A stretch of DNA of 63,248 bases, the filler included, from Hausera hauseri (lineage: Eukaryota): NCBI GenBank assembly GCA_046269625.1. It is 12 parts of 12 records of this genome, joined end to end, with 100 filler letters (N's around TTAATTAATTAA, not from the genome) between each part and the next. Parts side by side here need not be neighbours in the genome. Positions count along the whole stretch, not along the records: positions 1 to 6,294 come from JBJURY010116431.1; positions 6,395 to 10,397 come from JBJURY010826639.1; 10 more parts are not named here. One strand, 5' to 3'. A program made the position numbers and the translations under genes. Under the pieces are notes generated by a model. That model saw only the letters and a list, made by a program, of their open reading frames with translations. It did not search any database and was not told where the DNA came from. Below, one piece after another: positions 1 through 10,497 of this stretch; position 1 is the stretch's first letter; each line of letters starts with the position of its first letter.

Positions 1-720
1 TAAAGGTTTCGCAACCCGGCTGAAATCCTTTATAAATTTTCGATAATAATTTGCCAGACCTAGGAACCGACGTAATTCCTCAACTGTACTTGGTTTTGGA
101 AAGTTTTTTATCTTTCCCAGTAATTTATCTTGATGTTTAACGCCGTGTCTATCCACTCGGTGTCGAAGAAAATCTATTTCCGCTTGGGCAAATGAACATT
201 TCTTTGGATTTATCTTTAAGCTCAATATTTCGCATCTATCAAAAAGATCCTGTAGATCTTTCAAATGTTGTTGAAAATTAAATGATGCTATTATCACGTC
301 ATCAATATATACCATGGCGTGCGGGCATCTAACAATAAGACTTCTGTCTCTCTCTGGAATATTGGTGGCCCATTTTTCAATCCGAAGGGCATCCTATTAA
401 ACTCCCATAACCCTTCACGGATGGAGAATGCTGTCTTTGGTTTATTTTCTTCCTTCACTTCTACTTGCCAGCAGCCTTATTGTAAGTCGATCGTCGAGAA
501 TATTGTTGATCCATGTAATTTATCTAATATTTCGTCAATTCTTGGTAACGGATACGTATGGTTCCGCTATTTCATTTAGAGCTCTATAATCTATACAAAA
601 TCTCATGATCCCATCCTTCTTCTTGACCATCATCACTGGCGCTGTCCATGGCGAACAACTTGGTCGGATTATTTTATTTTCTTTCATTTCCTGTATTATT
701 TTTCGTGCTTCTTGCTTCTT
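1..720 (-). pseudogene. Ty3/gypsy reverse transcriptase remnant
   Basis: Minus strand reads [38 protein letters not shown] and RRFLGLANYYRKFI, broken by stops and frameshifts. Confidence 0.92.
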
Positions 721-965
721 GCAATATGCTATTTATAGTTAGATTGTAAATATCCACAACGCGAGAACAACCTTGCACAACACAAAAACTGAAAAACAAT
801 GTGATGTATAAATTTCGAAATGAATTATTAATTCAATTTTAGGAATAAAATAATTATTGAACCAATTCCAATCGTAGATAATAAGAAATCTCGATTGCAA
901 TATGGCTAAAAAAATTCCAATTCAAAAGGTGTAATAAAATTTATTGTTGCATTAAAACAACTCAC

Positions 966-1185
966 AAGAATCGAATACGTAAATAATAAACAATTACCCC
1001 CAGACACGGCTCCATGAAGACCACAGAAACCGATAACCAATACAAAAGCACCAATAACAATCAGAAAGATATCTACAATATTCAGTACATTCGTGCTACT
1101 ATTTTCAAACGGTTCAGATGTTTCATCGAATTTTATTTTGCATAGCAGTTCAAATAAAGTTGATTTGCCGACTTTGAGCCATTGG
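966..1185 (-). pseudogene. Tetraspanin fragment (TM2-TM3)
   Basis: IFLIVIGAFVLVIGFCGLHGAVSGGNCLLFTY fits the tetraspanin GFxGxxGA..CLL signature. TM1 is absent, and the fragment ends at a GTGAGT donor-like site (960-965). Confidence 0.75.
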
Positions 1186-1564
1186 TTTTCGATTTTATAC
1201 CTTGTGTATTGGTTTATGTTAAAATTCACTAATTTAACAAGGAAGCACGTATAATATTTCTACTGGCTGTAAAAGCTACATAAGAAAAATATCTGAAAAG
1301 TCTCTTGGCAATCTGAGCTAAGTAGCAAAAATTTACAAATAATCAACTGCTCTAGACAGCGAAATCACTTCATCGTCATTTGTTGGAAGCAACGTTGAAT
1401 CACTACTGATTGAACCATGGGATCATCGAAAAACAACTCGGTTAGGTTCCGATGAATAAACAGACAAGTGACAGGAGGCACTTTCTGAACTGTAACTGTC
1501 TTCAATGTATGGACTAACTATTTTGGTAATGGTGAAGTCTTATGGGCGAATAACAGTTTTCAAG

Positions 1565-2167
1565 TCATTCGTAAGTTGTGTCGAGTATGGCTACTTCTTT
1601 CTGATTCAATGTCAAGTCCGATAAGGAGTCTTTGTTGTCATGATTTGGTTTTGTAGGCTTTTCATTGGAGTTTTCGAAAACTGAATTCATACTGGAAAAC
1701 CAGTTATTTTGGTTGTTGTTACTGTTTTTGCTGTTACTGTTGAAAGAAATATAATTGTGGCTGTTAGCGATATTGTTGACGGAGTGAGTTGTGATCCGTA
1801 ACCGTTTATGCAATACTTGGCTTCTGTTTCTCGGAGTACAAGATGGACTATAACTAGCAGCGAATCGATTGATTTCTTTATTACTAGTTTGAGCCTCCAC
1901 TAGTCCACCCATGAAACGAGTTGTCATTGCAGCAATGGATTTCAATGGATTGTTAGTTTTATCTTTCAAGTACTGGATGTATTTTGGACGACATCGTTTA
2001 ATAAGAATATCTATAACTCCAGCCTCTCTGGACACTTCTTCTAACGCCATTATGTGTTTCTCCTGCATCTCGTTTTGAATTGCTAAATGTTCTACTTTCA
2101 TCTCCGAAACACGTCTGGCCTTTTTCTGAAGTGCTATACGAAATTTGTCTCTTTGTTTTTCATGCAT
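1565..2167 (-). CDS. Hypothetical 200-aa ORF, possibly another captured host fragment
   Basis: Open frame with a helical N-half and an N/S-rich C-half; no family recognised. Confidence 0.35.
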   Translation of the reverse strand: MHEKQRDKFRIALQKKARRVSEMKVEHLAIQNEMQEKHIMALEEVSREAGVIDILIKRCRPKYIQYLKDKTNNPLKSIAAMTTRFMGGLVEAQTSNKEINRFAASYSPSCTPRNRSQVLHKRLRITTHSVNNIANSHNYISFNSNSKNSNNNQNNWFSSMNSVFENSNEKPTKPNHDNKDSLSDLTLNQKEVAILDTTYE

Positions 2168-2321
2168 TAGAAAGATTTATTAATGTTTAATACAACAAAA
2201 TTGAACAATTCAAGAAATATTTCTGTAACTGCTGTTTTGTGAATGATTTCTAAAATGAATGCATTCGGGGAAAATAAAATTGTTTCTTAGACTGCATATA
2301 GCATGTTTTTATATCAGCAGT

Positions 2322-2807
2322 CTAAATAAAATAAAATGAAAAAACACCATCTCTGATTAGATTGACACTATCAGCGGATGTTCTAATTGGATCGTCGGGT
2401 ACAATTAAATTCCGATTAAGTGCAAAGGAATTATTCGTACCGAGTGGAGGGCGAAGAAGTTCGGTGATAACTTCCATCAAAGTCCCATCACCACCGGCGA
2501 CTACTAAACAATCTTGATCGTTCACTCTCAAAACGGACATCAAATTTTTTCCTTTTTCTTTACTAACCGTCTCGACAAGCGTCACCAAATATCCATTAAA
2601 ATTGAGCAACGGGAAGAGGTTCTTACTGTAGGATTTGCTGCTGCCTCGATCATTCGCCACGGGATTCAGAATGACTGTTAGCTTTTTCAATTTATCTGTC
2701 GGTCTCAATAGTTCATTGCCGTATTTCCTTGCTTTCTGACAAACGGATTCAAGTATGGCACTTAGTAGTATCGATTTCTTAGGAAGAGTTCTAACAGCAG
2801 AAATCAT
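2322..2807 (-). pseudogene. AGK: Acylglycerol kinase-like N-terminal fragment with in-frame deletions
   Basis: CQKARKYGNELL, KKLTVILNP, VVAGGDGTLMEV and PLGTNNS match the DAGK catalytic motifs of AGK. Segments after the N-terminal TM and before PLG are missing, and the C-half is absent. Confidence 0.8.
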
Positions 2808-2877
2808 CGTGACTAAATTAAAATTTTCAGTAAAATTATCAAATTTTGCATTTATCTTCTTTCGAAACGGGAAATCT

Positions 2878-2970
2878 GGGCCTGCCTATGTGCCCGACTC
2901 GCCGGCAGTGGAAAACCCGGCCATGCCCAACCGAATAGGCCAGAGGATGCCGGCCGCTGTAGGCACCACA
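2878..2970 (-). other. Conserved GC-rich structured motif, copy 1
   Basis: Hand alignment of the reverse complement to 36442-36533 gives about 71/93 identical positions; no similarity seen in the flanks. Confidence 0.85.
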
Positions 2971-3151
2971 AACCTGATATTAATTGTGTGCATTCAACGT
3001 AAGTACTGGTCACTAGGAAACAGGTGTCGTTAGCATTTTCCAATGTGACGATAAAGTCAGGATTTTTCATGCTGAACATTACACGGTGGGATCTCACTTG
3101 AAGATAAACGTCCAATGGTTTGAATGGAATTGTTTTGATTTGTTCTGGAGT

Positions 3152-6100
3152 TTATCTTAATCTTGCTATTAGATAAGGAATTTTGTTATGTACAGAGTAG
3201 CGAAAACTACTTAACCAAAAGGTATTTGGGAAGGATGATTGTAATTGTAGTGTAAGGAGTATTTGTCGATTATCGTGTTTCGTACATAATATTGAAGGTT
3301 GAGGACTTTTGACCTCTAAAGTATAAACTTCTTCACTATAACGTTTCGCGGCGCACGATAGGGCGTAATGGGCTCTACTGATTTGAGGCGCAACCACTAA
3401 AATTTCGTTTTCGTTGCTTTGATTCATTTATTATCTACAATAGCGAAAGTGCACGGAATTGTTGGTGCCTTTCTTTCGATTCCAGTTACCGTGCATCGCC
3501 ATATACCATTTACGATGCAAAACATAGCAAATATTAGTGAATATTCCTGATCAGGTTGTGCAAATATGCAAGTTGATTGATTATGTTCTCTGGAGTAGTG
3601 GATGTTATTATCACTAATGGATATATCAGCATATCGAGTGGTTATTTGCATTATTCTGCCTTTTGGTACTTTCCTATCCCATTCAACGGGTAAGCATTGC
3701 TTCTTGTAATCAGGTTGGTCTACAAATATTCTTTCCTCTAAAAACAATCTGTCTATATTAGTTTGCTTCTTTTGTTCGGGTGAATTATCCGTCAACGATA
3801 GCGTAACCATCTTTGGTTCTGTGGGTATCATTATTTCAATTGTCTGATTCTTGGAGCGTGGATGTAGACGTACACATTATCTTTGATTTTCTGTAGATGG
3901 TTAATGTTCCCCATTGTACTTTTACAGATTTATCATTTGTTTTATTCTGTTGAGAAGAAATTATAAATAGACACTTCTTTCTATGATTATACTGGATAAA
4001 GAGATTCCCTGGTATGGTTTCTTTTATGTCCCATGGTTCCGTTCTCGGATTTCTTTTTAGAAATTTCATAAAATCTGAAAAGGTATCTGGTAGTACCAGA
4101 TTAGACAGATTTGTAGTTATTTTCCGAGGATTTAAAGTTAGCTGTGTTACCGAGTTGGGTATACAGAAAACTAATATACTCAATGGTAGAATTATCCGAT
4201 AAGGTTGTGGATCATTTCTCGTTCGTATTTGATGAGAGGTGGTGTGTTTTCCAATTTGCCAGTGTCAATGTTAGTACTAATATAATTATAGTGACAGTAG
4301 GAGGTATAATAGTTATCAGTAGTAATAGTCTAGAGTCCTGGCTTGTTGTTATATTGGGCAATCTATTCTTTACCAATATTTTGTTTTCGATAGCTATTGT
4401 TTGCGACTTAGTATGAAGGTTGTGTCGTTTTTCAGTGGTGGTTACATGACACAATGCTATTGTTCTTTGTTTACGAAATGATCCATAAGGTTTGTGTATT
4501 ATCTGTACCCAATAAAGAGATAGGAGTCTCAGATTATCGCATTTAGTAGATGTGTTAGTGAGTGGAAAACAAATGGCGGCTGCATCGTCGAATGAGATCA
4601 TATAATTTTTGCTGGGAAAGTTAATTATGACATGACTGTCATGCACATGGAATGAAATGTGTAAAAGATTGAATCAAATTGTTTTAATATGCTCGGGCAG
4701 TTGTATGCCATCATAAGATGCTTATAGTGGTGCATCAAGGATGTCAAAATTGGTATTACTTATCTAGAATATATGGGGACAGGTGGATGGTATTTGCAAA
4801 GTCAGTAATATTTGCCGATCATCACCTGGTACACAGATCCTCGATGGTTCTAGGCTGGAATATTCCATATTATAGTCTTCGTCGTTCGTTAATTTCGCTG
4901 TACAAGTTATAATATAAAAAGTATTTTATATTCGAGGTATAATTTATATGAATCCGATGGAATTTTCTACGTCTGCATTTACTGATTGATCGTATTCAGG
5001 TATTGCGCGGCATTGGATATCGGCTGATTTATTATTATTTTCCTTAGTCGAGTTTTCTACTTCGGATTTTGTTTCTATTGGGTTAATTGTTGTCATTTTC
5101 GTGTGTATCGTGACAAAGATGGTCCGTCGCATGGTAATGTTGTAACCTAACCCACTTATGAGTTCTGATACTTGAAATATTAAGGATTAGGTGTGTTTTT
5201 GGGAAACGCGACAACATTTGTTTTCCTTTAATTCTGAATGTGCGACACAAATGGGTCTATATAATTTAAATAATGTCGCTGATTTTTTTTCTTTTCCTGT
5301 CGGTTTGTTTATATATGTTATTATCAAACATTTCTTCTCTGGGTTATAATAAATGGGGAAAACCTTAAATGTGAATCGTTGATTATCTTTTAATTTGAAT
5401 CTGGTTTTTACCGATAGTTTCGCATAATCTCGAAATATGACTTGTGATCTTTATTGGTTAGAAATAGTGGAGATTAGATTCGACTCAAGTGGAGGTGTTG
5501 GGGTTATTTGTGCCCATAATCCTGGTATATACACTGGCATTATACATCGAAATTTATTCTTACATAATGTAGTGCCCATTATTATTGTAAAAATATTGAT
5601 AATTATTATCACGGCTTCTTCATGGTTCATTGGAATATGGCGTTTCTTGACCATTTTGAATCTATTTGGCCCCTTTGGGTAACTTAATTGCGGAGGCTGC
5701 TGTCTAATGTTATCTAGTGCTGACTGCCTCACAATTATTGGAGGTTTTGGTGTTGATCATGCTAATACGTTCGTCATACACAGTGATAAGATACATGAAA
5801 ATAATATTACTTGACTAAGTTTTGGCTTCGTACCTTGATAGCTTATCGAAACACTTTCGGTATTCTGCTGGTTATCCAGTTCGGCAGAGTTTTTATTTGT
5901 AATGGACTTCTCTTTTGGTGTGAAATTTGAATTATGTCGTACAGTAGAATTTTCATTCGTGATAAACTCTCCTTTTGTTATGGAAGTGGGTTTAATTGTT
6001 TCGATAAGGTTTTCGTTTGTAACAGAATTTGAGATTAGTTGGCTTAGCTTATTAATATTGTTATCCATTATCAGCCAAGATTTTTTGTCTCTGACGGGGC

Positions 6101-6188
6101 CTATAAATTTATTCCTTTTATTCTTTGAGTGTTGGTTTACATCGGTGATTTGTTTATGCATTTTTGTAAGATATTGCAGACAAGACAT
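3152..6188 (-). pseudogene. Degenerate series of orphan ORFs with signal/TM segments
   Basis: Co-oriented ORF pieces separated by stops and frameshifts, with hydrophobic segments LFSCILSLCMTNVLA, VIIIINIFTII and LLLLITIIPPTVTIIILVLTL. Confidence 0.45.
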
Positions 6189-6275
6189 TGTAGTTAGTAG
6201 ATGGAAGTGAGCGCACTGAGCCAACCCCCCCCCCCCCCGGCGGAAGGAAAACTTCTCTGATTGACCAATCAGAGA
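6184..6275 (-). promoter_or_regulatory. Putative promoter/leader: CCAAT-containing palindrome, poly-G run and conserved leader
   Basis: TCTCTGATTG-AC-CAATCAGAGA perfect inverted repeat at 6254-6275, then a G-run and a leader that aligns without gaps to 31720-31770. Confidence 0.5.
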
Positions 6276-6294
6276 GCAGGGAGGGAAAGAAAAA

Positions 6295-6394
6295 NNNNNN
6301 NNNNNNNNNNNNNNNNNNNNNNNNNNNNNNNNNNNNNNTTAATTAATTAANNNNNNNNNNNNNNNNNNNNNNNNNNNNNNNNNNNNNNNNNNNN
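6295..6394. other. Artificial contig linker (first of 11)
   Basis: N-run + ttaattaattaa (stops in all six frames) + N-run, 100 nt. It recurs at 10398, 14673, 20084, 24390, 29452, 35968, 41021, 47892, 52180 and 58107. Confidence 0.99.
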
Positions 6395-6770
6395 ACAAAT
6401 TCCAATTCGGATAGAAATCGAGGAAATTACAAAAGTTATAACTATCAAAATCATTACGATGATAATCGAAACAATGATAGTCGACGAAATATAGGTAGTA
6501 CATAAGGTTCGACGAATCTGTACAATAGAAGCCTAAATAAGAATAAGTCCCTGTACATGAAGACGGTAGACAGAGTGTAGACAGAAATGGAAATTTAGTT
6601 TGTTTTACTTGCAGAAAGGAAGGACACATCGCAAGGTTATGTCCAAATCCGCGTAGTGTCTCATTCGGCGAGTCTAATAAGACTAGTATGATTAAGGCCA
6701 ACAGGAACTTAGAAGCAAAATATGGTGGTCATGGTGATACAGGTACTATTATCGACATACAAGACTTGTG
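6395..6770 (+). pseudogene. Gag C-terminus with CCHC zinc knuckle
   Basis: CFTCRKEGHIARLC (Cx2Cx4Hx4C) at 6601-6642, preceded by an N/R/Y-rich low-complexity tract. Confidence 0.85.
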
Positions 6771-6999
6771 AAAATTTCTAAATGCTCAGCCTAAATCTGC
6801 AAATCCGCAAATTTTGATGATAGAGAAGAACATGGATATAAACTAAGACTATTAGAAGTGTATCATGGTTTAGCAGAGCCAAAAACTGAATATGAGTATG
6901 CGATAGCATCCAAGCGAATTGATATGACACGAAAAAAGAGTATTCATACGAGTAATAAAACTGCCGATACAGCAGGAACTTCGGAAGAAGTCGACTTAG

Positions 7000-9900
7000 A
7001 TGCATAGCCTGAGTTTATCGTTGAAAAAGTAGACAAAACTACTGAAGACGATATAGTTGAAAAAGAATTTATTGAGCCATTAATACTTAAAATTGCAAAA
7101 AATAGAGGTCGCAGCCCCTCATTGAAAACGAAGCGAAGAAGTCGTTCACATTCACAAGTAACTAGAGAGAAAATAGAAGAAACAAAAATACGAAAATCGC
7201 TGTAGAGAGCGACGTAGAGCCTAGATTAAATACGCCAGAAATTGGTCCATTCACATCTATAGAGCTAAAAGAATCTGCAGAGTCAATTAATGAAATTAAC
7301 GAGATTTGCCCATTCCCACAAATGAGGAAGAAATGGGAAATATTGATGATTTTTATTCAAGAAATTTAAAAGTCCGACGTTCGTGGAAAAATGCCGATAA
7401 ATTAAAGAAAATGAGAATTAGATGCCACGATCCAGAAATATTACAGCGAAATTTAGAAAGACTTAAGCAGATTAGTGAACAGGTAGATATATCCGGTAAG
7501 AAGCAACAATTTGCTGAGAGGTTATATAAAAGTTTAAAATTATGTAGTGAAGGAAAGCTCGATGAAGCAATCGACTTATGAAAACCTGAAGAGGTGCCAC
7601 CTGAAACGTTAATAAAATGGAAACGTGAATTAAAATCATGGATTAAAAGTGGAGTCGAATTATCGGAAGGATGGAGCAAAACTAAGATAGTGTCGATGTA
7701 AAAGTCTATAGCTCAGACGCTATTCTTCACCTTGGAAGCAAATCCATGACTAAAGAGAGTAGACCGTAATATAGAGCATATGATGGATGAGATTCTCTGT
7801 GCAATGATTAATCGGCTTAGAGAAAAACCGGTTAACCATCGAAGTGGCGTTGATTTAGAAATATTGAGTATAGACCCAGTAAATATTTCTCCCCTAATGG
7901 AAGTGATAAAAATCGCCTTCACGGTACCCAAACGGTATACAAACCTAGAGAATCGTATCAAAATGGAAAATGAAAGGTGGACACAAATTTGTAGTTTCAG
8001 AAACCGAATTATGTTCCTAAATAACAAAGAAACCAAATACGTAATAAAGGCTTGTATTGTAAAATTTGATGAATATAAGGACGAGTTCAGTTATGTTGGC
8101 CGGATTATGAATTTCATAAAAAGTCCAGATGATGAATTAAAGGATGCGTACAAGATGCTAGACAAGGTTATATTAGCAAAGCCGATAATAACTAACTAAC
8201 TGCGGGAATGGTCCGAATTAGTAGCAAGACTAAGTAAACTAGTGGAAGACCATAAGAAAGAATTTCCAGAGAGCGAACCTTCTATCAAGAAACAATTAGA
8301 AAAAAGTGCACGTAACTTGGATACAATACAAGCGGAAATAGATGTTCGGACTCAATTCGAAGCATTACGACAATTAAACTTTATGAAGAAGAAGCAAGAA
8401 GTGGCGATATTAAAAGTGATATATAAAATGATCGAAGAAACAAACTTTACAGAAAAGCGGAATATGACTTACGAGTTTCACCCAGGATTAATAAATGTCA
8501 AAGTAGAAGGAATCCAACATCTAACAGCTAAATCTATCGATGAAATTTCCATCTAGGATATCGAAACCTTAGATATTTGTCCAGAACATAAAACGACTAT
8601 AGAGAAAGTAATGAGATTCATACATAAGCCACAAGAATGTATAGCTGGAACAGGTCAAAATTGCCATACCGAGCTGACAAAAATAAGAAACCACCACCAT
8701 CTTCGTAAAGAAATTGTTCGATACAATAGATCCCGACTCAAAATTCATTAATGAGATGCACGAGTTAGCCCTTGTCTTAGTAGAAATGGCAGCGATTAGT
8801 GATGAGAAGATGAGACAATTGATGCCTAAAATAAGAGAGGTTGAAGAAACATGCATTAGAACTAAACAAAGAGCAACAAGGTTAGACGAATTAATAAAAG
8901 AGCTCGAAGTCTATCAGAAGAAATATGCTTTTACCGAGTCAAAAATCAAAAATAAGCGTGAATTTGTACAAAGATGGCAAAGAGGTATAACTATCGAACT
9001 AACTGATTATCATCAAAAGGGATTCGTCCATTCTAATGAACTAGGCAAACTACTGAAAATGATTCATTATGTCTGTGGAATCGGAATAGGGTTCTGGACT
9101 AGGCAGATAAAAGAAATACAACTGGTATTGAAAGAAATTAGAGAAAGCGAGCACAGAGCGAATACAACGTTGACAAACTATGGACTTCTATATGTTGGAA
9201 ACGAACCGGAATGGGATGCGTACTTAGATGCATTAACGGCCGAAAATCCTGTGACTCCAGTACAGCTAAACAAAATAGAAACGTGTCCGTAGAACAGAAG
9301 AATCGATGTGGAGATGCTCCTGGATTCAGCGCTAACTGAAAAAGATTTAACGGAACTAATTAACATAAACATTACTGAAAGTAAGTTAGGACAACGTATT
9401 CCGATTTAAACTAAACTATGCAGTGAGAACACAGTTTATAGTGCGGTGCCGAAACTTTTGATAAAGAAATACGCTAAAATCTTGAGGGCTAAACCTCAAG
9501 TAACGATGAAGGTAAGGATATCATCCCAGGGGATGGACGAAAACGAATGTGAGTTTACTACGTATTCCTATGTAAAGGACGTAAGAGAATGGCTAATAAA
9601 TAATGGTGGAACAAACGAGCTAAACTATAGATTCTATTTTAGAGGTAGAATACTAGACTATTTTGAACAGATAATAGACGTCGGAATCATTTCCGACGAA
9701 ACGAATTGAATAGTGGTGATAGTATCCAATGAACGGACTAAAGAAGAAGCCATGCGTAAGGCAAAAACAGAACAATGTGCATGATAAATCATGGGAGTCC
9801 GAGACGCTGCAATGTATTTTGAATATTTACAAACGGATGAAGACAAGGATCAATACGATAAAAATTTAGTTCTACTGAGTAAAAACTTAACCAATGTCCC

Positions 9901-10397
9901 AAGACAGAAACGCCCAGTCGGTAGGCCTAGGAAAATACGAGAAGTAACTGACTATAATGTAGAATTGATTAGAGAATTGAGACAGATGTCGATTCTTACC
10001 TTCAGCACAGACAATGAAGAATTAAGAGAATTAATGAAGAATTTAATACGTATTGTAAATTTTTCGAGCCTTCGAGGCGACACATTAGACAATAAAGTAT
10101 CAAAAAGTAATATAACCGATAAATCGCTAATCGAAAAGATCATGGTGGAAAACACCACTGAAGAATTAAGAAAAGTATCACTGTACTTAGCTATCAAAAT
10201 AAACCATAATCGAGAGAATGAAATTAATAGAGCTACAAGTTTAGCACGAAGAGCGGCGAGAAAGCTACCATGCGAAGTAAACTGCTCGAAATTATTCGAT
10301 AAGAAAGAAAACAAACGGTTCGGAAATGGCAATAGACTCGAAGATATGCTACGTAATTTGACAACGACAGATAATATTAACCGGAAAAACGAATCCA
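7000..10397 (+). pseudogene. Degenerate accessory polyprotein (helical region, ubiquitin-like domain, AT-hook), copy 1
   Basis: Fragments are collinear with the minus-strand ORFs of C5, e.g. RYTNLENRIK, YVKDVREWL.NNGGTNELNYRFYFRGRILD and PVGRPRK. Confidence 0.85.
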
Positions 10398-10497
10398 NNN
10401 NNNNNNNNNNNNNNNNNNNNNNNNNNNNNNNNNNNNNNNNNTTAATTAATTAANNNNNNNNNNNNNNNNNNNNNNNNNNNNNNNNNNNNNNNNNNNN

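Noticed and set aside
319-579. Short antisense ORFs over pol and other genes
   Set aside because: They are shadow frames of coding sequence on the opposite strand.
6339-6701. ORFs containing X and ending in LIN
   Set aside because: They run into the artificial linkers; their ends are artefacts.
6733-6750. GDTGT as a retroviral protease active site
   Set aside because: It is preceded by GGH rather than hydrophobic residues, and no downstream ILG.D motif was seen.
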